A stretch of 64,000 bases of DNA. It comes from an uncultured cyanobacterium. GTDB taxonomy: Bacteria; Cyanobacteriota; Cyanobacteriia; PCC-9006; JAAUQQ01. This document shows positions 51,123-60,836 of the stretch, in pieces. A model generated the notes under the pieces. It was not told the origin of the DNA, made no database searches, and saw only the letters and a program-made list of their open reading frames with translations. Position numbers and translations under genes: made by a program. The stretch's first letter is position 1. Each line of letters begins with the position of its first letter. Location of the stretch: the NCBI GenBank assembly GCA_963718615.1, contig OY970368.1, positions 2,240,001 to 2,304,000 of the forward strand, written 5' to 3'.

Positions 51123-52430
51123 TTATAGCCAGGTGCGTCCTTCTTGGATACCATATTCGATATAGTGACGGGTTGCTGCACCGAGATCGTTACCAAAAAC
51201 AGCCCGTAAATCGGCATATCTATTGAGATAGGCTGTTGCATCAAAGGTCTGTGTCGCTCGTCCTTCCGATGCCCCATAGTAAACATAGTGTTGGGTTACC
51301 GCTGTCAAGTTGTACCCGAAAAATTGGATTAAATCTGGATTGGAGGCTAAGTATCGTCCTTCATCAAAGTGATCTAAGCTACGTCCTTCTGCATGGCCAA
51401 ATTGAATGTAGTGCTGTGTTGCAGCTAGGAGATTGCTACCAAATACAGCTCGTAAATCAGCATGGGAGGCGAGGTAACTGAGTTCATCAAAGCTGTCACG
51501 CGATCGCCCTTCAAACAAACCATAGTTGTTGTAGTGTTGCGTGAATGCTGTGGGGTTAAAACCAAATACTTGGATCAGATCTGGATGGGAGGCACCGTAC
51601 TGAAAGGGATCGATAGGACCCACCACTTGAGAGCCTGGATCCAATGCTAAATCCACCTTGACATTTTGGTTGCCAATGGTCACTGATTTTTGAACACTTT
51701 GACTTAAGCTAGGACTGGAAAATGTTATGGTATAAGAGCCTGCTCCTAAGGCAAGTTGATAGCCACCTGATGCGAAAGTTTGGGTCGTAAAATGCTGCCC
51801 ATCGGAACGAACTGCATCCACAACAACTTGATTGAGTCCTTCCCCTACGGAATAGAAATCGTCGTCTAAAACCGAATCATAAAACGCAACCCCTGTGAGA
51901 AAAACAGCACTGCCAGAAACTGCGTAGTTTTGAGTGGTCATCAGGGCATTGTATGTTACCCCATTACTGCTAAAAAGCCCTTGAACTGCTCCAATTCCAA
52001 TTTCCCGAAAGTTGTCAGCTAAAATATTTTTACGATGCTCAGGGCTGAGAAAAAGCCCTTGGTTCGCTGCTGTAATCGTAGCTGTGAGGTTGAGCGCACC
52101 TGTGCTGCCTTCCCAAGCCAAGTTTTCGCCGGACCCCCAAACTCCTGTAAACGAGTATCCCGCTTGTTGCATACGAGTTGTCGCATTGCTTCCCCCAGTA
52201 CCGGTATGAGAAAAGACATCATTGTCGAGCATCCACTGGCTGTGACTCCGTGCAGAAGCCATTAAGTGAACATTAAATGCCAACGGTTGCTTTGCGGTAC
52301 TAGAAAGAGTCCCGGCACTCAACCCTTGATTGAGACTGATGCCGTAACGGCTAGCTTCTGCACTCGGATTGGCTCGCGCTCGATTCACCAGTTCTAGTAG
52401 ATATTGCTCTTGGGAGGTGGGCTGAACCAT
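51123..52430 (-). CDS. CAP/SCP domain protein with C-terminal YLAS.PDL/HY..G..EGR repeats
   Basis: ELVNRAR, ARSHS, GENLA and SPEHRKNIL CAP motifs; four repeats of about 38 aa. Confidence 0.85.
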   Translation of the reverse strand: MVQPTSQEQYLLELVNRARANPSAEASRYGISLNQGLSAGTLSSTAKQPLAFNVHLMASARSHSQWMLDNDVFSHTGTGGSNATTRMQQAGYSFTGVWGSGENLAWEGSTGALNLTATITAANQGLFLSPEHRKNILADNFREIGIGAVQGLFSSNGVTYNALMTTQNYAVSGSAVFLTGVAFYDSVLDDDFYSVGEGLNQVVVDAVRSDGQHFTTQTFASGGYQLALGAGSYTITFSSPSLSQSVQKSVTIGNQNVKVDLALDPGSQVVGPIDPFQYGASHPDLIQVFGFNPTAFTQHYNNYGLFEGRSRDSFDELSYLASHADLRAVFGSNLLAATQHYIQFGHAEGRSLDHFDEGRYLASNPDLIQFFGYNLTAVTQHYVYYGASEGRATQTFDATAYLNRYADLRAVFGNDLGAATRHYIEYGIQEGRTWL

Positions 52431-52592
52431 GGGATTCTTTCCTGCGGTGCTAAGCTAGCAGTCGGCGGTTGTCGTCAATTATTGGCTACACCTGACACCA
52501 TCTCGATTCCGCATAGTCGCTAGACTTGCATTGAACCCATTGGTGTAAAACCATTGGCTGCAAAACAGCTCAATAGGATTCTGTCGATCTTT

Positions 52593-53846
52593 ATGGTTAC
52601 GCCTCTTTCTCTGGTCCAACCCCTACAAGTGAATGGCGATCGCCTCAATCAAAGCCTGGATGAGCTGGCCACCTTTGGCCACCAGGAAGATGGTACCGTG
52701 CGTCGTCTGGCCTTCACCCCCGAGGATGTAGCGGCCCGCGATCGCCTGCGCATCTGGATGGAAGCGGCGGACATGACGGTGCGAGTCGATGCAGCGGGTA
52801 ATCTGATTGGTACCTATGCCGGAACGGATGCTGATGCACCTGCCTTGGCGACAGGGTCCCATTTGGATACGGTTCTTTCCGGGGGGCGTTACGACGGAGC
52901 CCTCGGCGTGATGGCCGGTTTGGAGGTGGTGCGGACGCTGCGAGATCAAGGACTCCGCCTCCATCATCCCTTGGAAGTCATTGTCTTTGCCGATGAAGAA
53001 CGCACCATGGTGGGTTCCAAGGCCATGGCCGGAAGCGCTCCGTCTCGCCCGGAAGACTATCAGACGTTTGAAAATATTCCGATTCAAACAGGGCTGGCTC
53101 AGTTAGGGGGAGATTGGGATGCCCTAGCAACTGCCCGTCGAAACCATCGCTCGATCACCTGTTTTCTAGAGTTACATGTAGAACAGGGTGGCGTTTTAGA
53201 AGCGATCGATCGCCAGATCGGCGTGGTGGAAGGGGTCGTGGGTCAGCAGCGTCATCGGATCTCGATCACCGGACAAGCCAATCATGCCGGGACTACGCCC
53301 ATGCATATGCGGCGCGACGCCCTGACAACGGCGGCTCAGCTGATCTTGGCGATCGAAGATATGGCCAAGCATTTTCCAGGGGAGCCCGTGGCGACAGTCG
53401 GCAATTTGCAGGTTTGGCCTGGGGCGGCCAATATCGTACCGGGGCAGGTGGAGATGACCTTGGATATGCGCGATTTATCCCAGGGAGTCATTGATCACAT
53501 GCTGGCCCATTTGCGGCGAAAAATTGAAACCATTGCCGTAGCAACCCGGACCCGCATCCGCATGGAAACCCAGTTGGTTGTGGATCCGACGCTGGCGGCA
53601 GCGGTGGTTCAAGCTTTGATTGTGGAAAGCTGCGAAGCGCTAGGACTAACCTACACCCATTTACCCAGCCGTGCGAGTCATGATGCTCAAGAGATCGGTC
53701 GGTTTACAGATATGGGTATGATTTTTGTTCCCAGTGCGGAGGGCATCAGCCATTCTGGCGCGGAATACACGTCACCGGAGCAATGTATTCAAGGGGCCAA
53801 TGTGTTGCTACAGACGTTGATCAAGTTAGATAAGTTCTATCAGTGA
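52593..53846 (+). CDS. M20-family Zn amidohydrolase (allantoate/N-carbamoyl-amino acid hydrolase)
   Basis: GSHLDT, DGALG, DEE, ELHVEQG, NHAGTTPM and ASHDAQ motifs. Confidence 0.9.
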   Translation: MVTPLSLVQPLQVNGDRLNQSLDELATFGHQEDGTVRRLAFTPEDVAARDRLRIWMEAADMTVRVDAAGNLIGTYAGTDADAPALATGSHLDTVLSGGRYDGALGVMAGLEVVRTLRDQGLRLHHPLEVIVFADEERTMVGSKAMAGSAPSRPEDYQTFENIPIQTGLAQLGGDWDALATARRNHRSITCFLELHVEQGGVLEAIDRQIGVVEGVVGQQRHRISITGQANHAGTTPMHMRRDALTTAAQLILAIEDMAKHFPGEPVATVGNLQVWPGAANIVPGQVEMTLDMRDLSQGVIDHMLAHLRRKIETIAVATRTRIRMETQLVVDPTLAAAVVQALIVESCEALGLTYTHLPSRASHDAQEIGRFTDMGMIFVPSAEGISHSGAEYTSPEQCIQGANVLLQTLIKLDKFYQ

Positions 53847-53875
53847 GGCTTATCGTTGTTTTTTGAGGTAACCCT

Positions 53876-54277
53876 ATGACTAAAATACGCTTTTTTATCT
53901 GTGGTTCTGCGCTTCGCGGTCAACCGGATCATGAGAATTTACAAGGGGCTGAGTTCGTGACGGCGGCGCAAACCAAGCCCCTATATCGTCTGCATGCCGT
54001 TAAGGCTGGCTGGCATCCGGGGATCTATGCGGTGGAATCCGATGGGATTTCAATTCCGGGTGAAGTCTACGAAATGACGGTGGAACAATACCAGCATCTG
54101 TTGGCCAATGAACCGCCGGACATGTATGAAGGTAAGGTGATTCTGACCACAGATGAAGCGGTTTCTGCGATGCTCTATCCCCGTGAGCTAATCGAACAAG
54201 CCGGATGGCCTGACATCTCTCACCATGGCGGATGGGCTGCCTATAAAGCGGCTCAGTCTGAAGACGAAGATTCATAA
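53876..54277 (+). CDS. Gamma-glutamylcyclotransferase-fold protein (allophanate hydrolase C-domain-like)
   Basis: FICGSALRG...YRL...IPGEVY...DISHHGGWAAY. Confidence 0.8.
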   Translation: MTKIRFFICGSALRGQPDHENLQGAEFVTAAQTKPLYRLHAVKAGWHPGIYAVESDGISIPGEVYEMTVEQYQHLLANEPPDMYEGKVILTTDEAVSAMLYPRELIEQAGWPDISHHGGWAAYKAAQSEDEDS

Positions 54278-54294
54278 CGATTTTCCAGATGGGA

Positions 54295-54326
54295 TGGACT
54301 CTCCAGTCGGCAGGAGAGTCTACACT
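54295..54326 (+). promoter_or_regulatory. MerR-family-type promoter/operator of the Cu-ATPase
   Basis: TGGACT, 20-nt spacer, TACACT, with dyad GACTCTCC (54297-54304) / GGAGAGTC (54313-54320) across the long spacer. Confidence 0.75.
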
Positions 54327-54382
54327 GCCTTAGGTATCGTTGCCTTGACAGGGGCAGCATTGAACCGGGAAGTGATCTGGCG

Positions 54383-56698
54383 ATGTCCTCAGCTACTTTA
54401 AGACTCAAAGGCATGAGTTGTGCCTCCTGTGCGAATAGCATCCAAACTGCGATCCAGCGGGTGCCGGGGGTCACCCTGGCCCAGGTTAACTTTGCGGCGG
54501 AACAGGCGAGTGTGGAGTATCAAGCCCAGGTGACGACCCTGGCGGAGATCCAGCAGGCTGTGGCCGCTGCGGGGTATGAAGCTATGCCCATGGAGAGGCT
54601 AAGCCCTCAAGCCGGAGATGGGGCAGACTCGCGACAGGGCCGAGCGGATCTGCGGGCTCAGCGGGCTTTGCTGCAAAAGGTGATGGTGAGCGGTGCGGTG
54701 GGCGTTGTGCTCGTGCTCGGTACCCTGCCGATGATGCTGGGCAGAACGATTCCCGGTTGGCCCCTGGTGTTGCATCATCCTTGGCTCCAGTGGGGGTTGG
54801 CTACGCCGGTCTTGTTTTGGTGTGGTCAGTCGTTTTATGTCGGGGCCTGGAAAGCCCTCCTGCACCGCTCTGCCAATATGAATACGCTGGTTGCCTTGGG
54901 GACGGGAGCGGCCTATCTCTATTCGGTGTTTGTCACGGTGTTTCCAGGGGTGTTGGTGTCTGCGGGGCTGGCGGCGGAGGTCTATTACGAAGCGGCGGTG
55001 GTGATTATTGCGCTGCTGCTCCTGGGCCGTTATTTCGAAAATCGGGCGCGGAGGCAAACTTCAGATGCAATTCGCCAGCTTATGGGGTTGCAGGCGAAGA
55101 CGGCCCGAGTGGTTCGCCAGGGCCTAGAAGTGGATTTGCCCCTCCAGGCGGTGGTGGTTGGTGATGTGATTGTTGTGCGTCCGGGGGAGAAGATTCCTGT
55201 GGATGGTGAGATAGTTGAAGGGGCTTCTACGGTGGATGAGTCGATGGTGACGGGAGAGCCGATGCCGGTGACGAAGGCCGTGGGTGAGGAAGTGATTGGG
55301 GCAACCCTGAATAAAACCGGTAGCTTCAAATTTAGGGCTTCCCGTGTCGGGAAAGATACGCTACTGGCTCAGATCGTCCAGCTAGTGCAGGATGCCCAGG
55401 GCTCAAAAGCGCCGATTCAGAAGTTGGCGGATCAGGTGACGGGTTGGTTTGTGCCGGTGGTGATGGCGATCGCCCTCCTCACCTTCCTGCTCTGGTTGAC
55501 AATTACGGGTAATATCACCTTAGCCCTGCTGACAACGGTCAGTGTGCTGATCATTGCTTGTCCCTGTGCTCTTGGTCTTGCAACGCCCACATCTATCATG
55601 GTGGGGACTGGCAAAGGGGCGGAAAACGGCATCTTGATTAAAGGGGCCGAAAGCCTAGAGCGGGCTCACCGGGTTCAAGTCGTGGTTGTGGATAAAACCG
55701 GAACCCTGACCCAAGGGAAACCCACGGTGACAAACTACCGAGCCCTGGTGGATGCTCCCGACAATCTGTTGACCTTGGCTGCTGCGGTGGAGCGCTACTC
55801 TGAGCATCCTTTGGCGGAGGCGGTGGTGCAATATGCGGAAGGTCAAGCCATGACTCAGGCTGCGACTCAGGCCGGTCTTCCTGGGGTGGAATCGTTTGAG
55901 GCGGTTACGGGATACGGCGTGGAGGGCTACGTTAACGGTCGGCTCGTTCAAATCGGCACTGAACGCTGGATGCAAAACCTAGGTGTTGATACCCAAGCTC
56001 TCCAGTCCCTGCGTCAGCAGTGGGAGACTGAGGCTAAAACCACTGCCTGGATTGCCGTGGAGGGGCAGGTTGAGGGGTTGCTAGGGATTGCGGATGCCCT
56101 GAAGGATTCTGCGGTTCGGGCTGTGGGTTTGTTGCAGCGTATGGGGTTAGAGGTGGTGATGCTGACGGGGGACAATCGGCAAACCGCAGAGGCCATTGCC
56201 AAGGCCGTTGGCATTGACCGGGTGCTCGCCGAGGTGCGCCCTGAAGAAAAGGCTGCCCAAATCCGGCGACTCCAGGCCCAGGGGAAATCGGTGGCGATGG
56301 TGGGGGATGGCATCAACGATGCTCCGGCGTTGGCCCAGGCGGATGTGGGGATTGCTATTGGCACGGGGACGGATGTGGCGATCGCCGCCAGCGATATCAC
56401 GCTCATGGCTGGTGATCTCCAGGGTATTGCCACTGCTATTCAGCTCAGCCAAGCGACCATTGCCAATATCCGCCAAAACCTGTTCTTTGCTTTCATCTAC
56501 AACATTGTCGGTATTCCCATCGCCGCAGGTCTTCTCTATCCCCTCTGGGGGGTGTTGCTCAATCCGATGATTGCTGGGGCTGCCATGGCCTTTAGCTCGG
56601 TGTCGGTGGTGACTAATGCCCTGCGGTTGAGGAATTTTCGGCCTCAGGATCTTTCTCAGGATCTTTCTCAGGATCTTTCGCGGCTGGGCACCCGCTAG
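54383..56698 (+). CDS. pacS: Copper-translocating P1B-type ATPase (PacS/CopA)
   Basis: [33 protein letters not shown] and MAFSS motifs. Confidence 0.88.
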   Translation: MSSATLRLKGMSCASCANSIQTAIQRVPGVTLAQVNFAAEQASVEYQAQVTTLAEIQQAVAAAGYEAMPMERLSPQAGDGADSRQGRADLRAQRALLQKVMVSGAVGVVLVLGTLPMMLGRTIPGWPLVLHHPWLQWGLATPVLFWCGQSFYVGAWKALLHRSANMNTLVALGTGAAYLYSVFVTVFPGVLVSAGLAAEVYYEAAVVIIALLLLGRYFENRARRQTSDAIRQLMGLQAKTARVVRQGLEVDLPLQAVVVGDVIVVRPGEKIPVDGEIVEGASTVDESMVTGEPMPVTKAVGEEVIGATLNKTGSFKFRASRVGKDTLLAQIVQLVQDAQGSKAPIQKLADQVTGWFVPVVMAIALLTFLLWLTITGNITLALLTTVSVLIIACPCALGLATPTSIMVGTGKGAENGILIKGAESLERAHRVQVVVVDKTGTLTQGKPTVTNYRALVDAPDNLLTLAAAVERYSEHPLAEAVVQYAEGQAMTQAATQAGLPGVESFEAVTGYGVEGYVNGRLVQIGTERWMQNLGVDTQALQSLRQQWETEAKTTAWIAVEGQVEGLLGIADALKDSAVRAVGLLQRMGLEVVMLTGDNRQTAEAIAKAVGIDRVLAEVRPEEKAAQIRRLQAQGKSVAMVGDGINDAPALAQADVGIAIGTGTDVAIAASDITLMAGDLQGIATAIQLSQATIANIRQNLFFAFIYNIVGIPIAAGLLYPLWGVLLNPMIAGAAMAFSSVSVVTNALRLRNFRPQDLSQDLSQDLSRLGTR

Positions 56699-56914
56699 TT
56701 GAGGGTTAAATTCGGGAATAATGCGGAGGGTAGATTCTCGGAGGATTAAAGCCAAAATTGATCAAAAGTTTGAAAAATTTTGGAAATTTATTAGCCCTAT
56801 AGATAGGATTAGCTTGGCTGAAACCCTTGCTAAATGGGGATTTTGTCAATTTTAGAGGGTTACATAATCCCACGGACTGCCCTAGGATTGGAGAGGTCAA
56901 ATCACTGCACTCAT

Positions 56915-57433
56915 ATGACGCCCATCGACGAACAAACCCTGCCGCACGAAATTTGTTATGCCCAAGGCTCGGAGCTTGCTGCTGCGGGGCTGAAGCAAGA
57001 GTCGATCGCCTACTATGATCGGGCGATCGCGATCAAACCGGACTATCACCAGGCTTGGTATAACCGAGGTAATGCTTTGGCTGCGCTGGGGCAGTCGGAG
57101 GCGGCGATCGCGAGTTATGACGAGGCGATCTCGATTAAGCCGGATAAGCATGAGGCTTGGTATAACCGAGGGATTGAGTTGACGGCGTTGGGGCGGTATG
57201 GGGAGGCGATCGCGAGTTATGACCGGGCGATCGCGATTAAGCCGGATAAGCATGAGGCTTGGTATAACCGGGCTTGTTGCTATGGTCTCCAAGGGCAGGT
57301 TGAGCTGGCGTTGGATGATTTGGAGCGGGCTTTGGTTTTGGATAGGGTGCAGTATCGTGGGTTGGCGAAAACGGATGCGGATTTTGATGCGATTCGGGAC
57401 AATTCGCGGTTTCGGCGGTTGATGGCTTTGTAG
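56915..57433 (+). CDS. TPR repeat protein
   Basis: Repeated AIASYDRAIAIKPD...AWYNRG units (102-bp DNA repeats); C-terminal AKTDADFD.IR cap. Confidence 0.88.
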   Translation: MTPIDEQTLPHEICYAQGSELAAAGLKQESIAYYDRAIAIKPDYHQAWYNRGNALAALGQSEAAIASYDEAISIKPDKHEAWYNRGIELTALGRYGEAIASYDRAIAIKPDKHEAWYNRACCYGLQGQVELALDDLERALVLDRVQYRGLAKTDADFDAIRDNSRFRRLMAL

Positions 57434-57586
57434 TTTCAATCAGCTATTTCTTGTTGGGTTGATCTTAACAATCTTCTTAGGTCATCGCTGCTTTTAAGCA
57501 GGATGTCTAACGTGTAAATTCTTAAATTTTCCGGGTTGTACAAAAAATAGATAGAAAAATTGAACTCAGTGGTTTTTTGTTGACTG

Positions 57587-59998
57587 ATGTTTAATGCTCC
57601 TATTCGTCCAGTGGCCCATACGCCTTCGGTTTCCAATTCGGGGCAATGGCATGATCTGAAAGCGCATTTGAGCGAGGTGGCGGCGGCGGCTGAGCGGTTA
57701 GCCGATAAGTTTGGTGCAGGGCGATTGGGCTATTATGCGGGGTTATGGCACGACCTGGGTAAGTACAACCCGAAGTTTCAAAGCTATTTGCAGAAATGTC
57801 ATCGAGCTTTGCAAGCAGGGCAGTCCCAGCCGAGGGAGAAGGTGCCCCATGCGATTCATGGCGCGATTTTAGCCTATGACCTCAACTGTACTTCGAGGGC
57901 GAAACTGAGCCTGTCTTTTCTGATCGCTGGTCACCATGCGGGCCTACCAAATCAGATCCGTTTGAAGTCGAACTTGAATGATCCTTCAAGGAAAGCAGAT
58001 TTTGAAATTGTCAAGCAACGGGCGATCGCCGATTTAGGCGAATTAAAGCCAAATGAAAATCTCAATCAAGTCTTTCATTCCCTGGGTTCAGATCGAATTG
58101 CAGCAGATTTATTTCTGCGACTCATTTTCTCTTGTTTAATTGATGCGGATCGCCTGGATACCGAACGATTTGCCAATCCAGAGCAATCTCAGTTGCGTCA
58201 GGCGCGAGCCAATGCCGTGACGATTGCGCAGCTTTGGCAAGTATTTGAGCAGCAACAGCAAGCATTTGTGCAATCTCCTAACCGCTCCTCTTCCCCTGTT
58301 AATGCTGTTCGGGAAGAGGTGTTTCAGCATTGCATTGGTGCGGCGAAACAGCGTCCCGGCGTTTTCCGACTCTGTGTACCGACCGGTGGTGGCAAGACGC
58401 GTAGCGGTTTAGCTTTTGCTCTCAGACATGCCCAGTTGCACGCTAAAGATCGAGTCATTTTTGCGGTGCCCTATACCAGCATTATTGAACAGACTGTGAA
58501 GGTTTACCGCGACGATATTTTTGGGGAACTGGGGCCAGACGCTGTTTTAGAACACCATAGCGCCACCCAGGTTGAGCAAAGGCTTTCTGAGGCAGAGCAA
58601 GAACAGATTGAAACCCAAGAAAATGTCGAACAGACCTCAGCCCTGGCAAAATTAGCGACACAAAATTGGGATGCAAAGCTAATTGTGACGACGACGGTTC
58701 AATTGTTTGAGAGCTTGCTGTCTCACAAACCTAAAAAATGCCGAAAATTGCACAATATTGTCAATAGCGTCATTGTTTTGGATGAAGTCCAAACGCTGCC
58801 CATTGGCTTGCTCTCACCGATCCTGTCGGTTCTAAAAGACTTAGTTAATCGCTATGGAGTCACGGTTGTACTTTGCACTGCAACTCAGCCAGCCCTGGAA
58901 GGCAGTACGCCGTACTTTCAAGACGGATTTCCCGAAGATTCAGTGCGAGATATTGTGCCCAAGGCATTGGCGATCTCCCATTTTCAAACCCTTCAACGGG
59001 TGCAGTACAACATTCCCCAACCCGATAACCCATGGACTTGGGCCAAGCTTGTCGAAGACCTTAATCCGCAGCCCTCAGCATTGGTGGTATTGAATACGCG
59101 ACGGGATGCGATCGCTCTTCTGAATGCACTGGAGGTGTCATCAGGCTACAATGCCGAGCCGATTGCTCCCAGGGTAGAAGAATCCTTGGAAAGCTCTCCG
59201 GTTCTACATCTCTCGACCTTGTTGTGTGGCAAGCATCGTCAATTGGTGCTCTCGGAGGTGCGGCGGCGGCTTCTGGCTGGGGAAGCTTGCCAGTTGATTT
59301 CGACCCAGGTGGTAGAGGCGGGCGTGGATTTGGATTTCCCGGTGGTTTATCGAGCCCTGGGGCCGCTGGATCGCATTGTTCAGGCAGCAGGGCGCTGTAA
59401 CCGTGAGGGCAAGCTTAGGAATGCCGAGGGTGAGCTGATTCCGGGGCAGGTGGTGATTTTTGAACCAGCGGAAGGCAGCAAGCCCCCGCCGGGGGAGTAT
59501 TACAAGGCGATGCAAAAGGCGCGGGAGTTTTTGCTGGCGGAGGATTTTGCAGCGGATCAACTCCATCGTCCGGAGATCTTCGAGCGGTATTTTCGAGATC
59601 TCTATGGGGTGATTGATACAAATGGCAAGGTAAAGGTGGATGGTGGAGAGACGACGATTCAGGCGCTGCGGAAGTCCTGGAGTTTTCGGGATGTGGGGGA
59701 GACCTTTAAGCTGATTAAGGATGATACACAGCCGATTGTGATTTTGTATGACGATGCGGTGGCGGAGCGGGTAGGAGCGATCGCCCATCGGGGCCTGTTC
59801 TCGGAGGATCGCGAATTTTTGCAACCCTATGTGATCAATCTCCCGAATCGAGTCTTTAATAAGTTAACCGACAGGCGGGAGGTGAAGGCGGGGCTAAATC
59901 TCTGGGTCTGGGAGGGCAACTATGATCCGATTCGTGGCTTTCCCCTGGAGAAGACTGATCAAGAAATCCAGCCTGACCCTATGTTTTTGATACAGTAG
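57587..59998 (+). CDS. cas3: CRISPR-associated helicase/nuclease Cas3 (type I-C)
   Basis: HD domain (HL...WHDLGK, GHH, DAD..D); helicase motifs PTGGGKT, DEVQ, TAT, STQVVEAGVD and QAAGRCNR. Confidence 0.96.
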   Translation: MFNAPIRPVAHTPSVSNSGQWHDLKAHLSEVAAAAERLADKFGAGRLGYYAGLWHDLGKYNPKFQSYLQKCHRALQAGQSQPREKVPHAIHGAILAYDLNCTSRAKLSLSFLIAGHHAGLPNQIRLKSNLNDPSRKADFEIVKQRAIADLGELKPNENLNQVFHSLGSDRIAADLFLRLIFSCLIDADRLDTERFANPEQSQLRQARANAVTIAQLWQVFEQQQQAFVQSPNRSSSPVNAVREEVFQHCIGAAKQRPGVFRLCVPTGGGKTRSGLAFALRHAQLHAKDRVIFAVPYTSIIEQTVKVYRDDIFGELGPDAVLEHHSATQVEQRLSEAEQEQIETQENVEQTSALAKLATQNWDAKLIVTTTVQLFESLLSHKPKKCRKLHNIVNSVIVLDEVQTLPIGLLSPILSVLKDLVNRYGVTVVLCTATQPALEGSTPYFQDGFPEDSVRDIVPKALAISHFQTLQRVQYNIPQPDNPWTWAKLVEDLNPQPSALVVLNTRRDAIALLNALEVSSGYNAEPIAPRVEESLESSPVLHLSTLLCGKHRQLVLSEVRRRLLAGEACQLISTQVVEAGVDLDFPVVYRALGPLDRIVQAAGRCNREGKLRNAEGELIPGQVVIFEPAEGSKPPPGEYYKAMQKAREFLLAEDFAADQLHRPEIFERYFRDLYGVIDTNGKVKVDGGETTIQALRKSWSFRDVGETFKLIKDDTQPIVILYDDAVAERVGAIAHRGLFSEDREFLQPYVINLPNRVFNKLTDRREVKAGLNLWVWEGNYDPIRGFPLEKTDQEIQPDPMFLIQ

Positions 59999-60098
59999 CC
60001 AAACATATTGCCTGAAGTTCAGTATTTTCACGACAAAACACCCTGAAATTGCTGATTTGGGTAGAAAATATTACCGTAAGTATTAAGGATCGCACCCT

Positions 60099-60836
60099 AT
60101 GAGTGCTGAAACTCTAGCCGTGAGAGTGCAGGGGGACTTTGCCCTGTTTACTCGCCCTGAGTTTTCTGCCGAGCGTGTCAGCTACTCCGTCATGACACCC
60201 AGCGCCGCCCGAGGCATTTTGGAATCCATCTTCTGGAAGCCGGAAATGCGTTGGCGGGTGCAGAAAGTTCAGGTGCTCAAGCCCATCAAGCAGTTTTCCA
60301 TTTTGCGCAACGAGGTGAACAGTCATCAGAGCGATCGCGCTGCCAAAGCTTGGAATAGCATCGGTGATGGCTACTTTGCCGAAGACGATCGCGCCCAACG
60401 CCACAGCCTCTGCTTGCGGGATGTGGATTACGTCATTGAAGCGGCGATCGACCTCAAACCCCACGCCACAGACAATATCGCCAAATACCGCGACATGTTT
60501 CGGCGGCGGGTGCAGCGTGGTCAATGCTTCAACCAGCCCTACCTTGGGACCCGAGAATTTAGCGTGAGTCGCTTTGAACCCGCCACGGGTGAGGAAATTC
60601 CTGAGGAGTTGATCGAGCAATTGGACTTGGGCTGGATGTTGTTTGATATGGAGTTTAGTGAACAACCCAAAGGCAGCATTAGCTACTACGCCCACGATAG
60701 CAGCGGCTCCCGCGTTGCCCGAGGTGCAGCCATGCCCAAATTTTTCCACGCCCAGCTTATCAACAACGTCTTGGAAGTCCCCCAGAGCTTATACAGTCCC
60801 ATGGTTTCGCCTACTGGGACTGGAGGTCGCCGATGA
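60099..60836 (+). CDS. cas5c: Type I-C Cas5c (Cas5d)
   Basis: GDFALFTRPE...ERVSY...TPSAARGILESIFWKP and QPYLGTREF. Confidence 0.95.
   Translation: MSAETLAVRVQGDFALFTRPEFSAERVSYSVMTPSAARGILESIFWKPEMRWRVQKVQVLKPIKQFSILRNEVNSHQSDRAAKAWNSIGDGYFAEDDRAQRHSLCLRDVDYVIEAAIDLKPHATDNIAKYRDMFRRRVQRGQCFNQPYLGTREFSVSRFEPATGEEIPEELIEQLDLGWMLFDMEFSEQPKGSISYYAHDSSGSRVARGAAMPKFFHAQLINNVLEVPQSLYSPMVSPTGTGGRR

Noticed and set aside
57020-57275. 102-bp near-identical repeats upstream of cas3 as a CRISPR or DGR template/variable repeat
   Set aside because: They encode 34-aa TPR units in frame, with no spacers and no reverse transcriptase nearby.
56897-57439. Repetitive antisense ORF (180 aa) and other long antisense ORFs in the track
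   Set aside because: These are shadows of real genes on the opposite strand (TPR, sigma factor, acs, cas genes).
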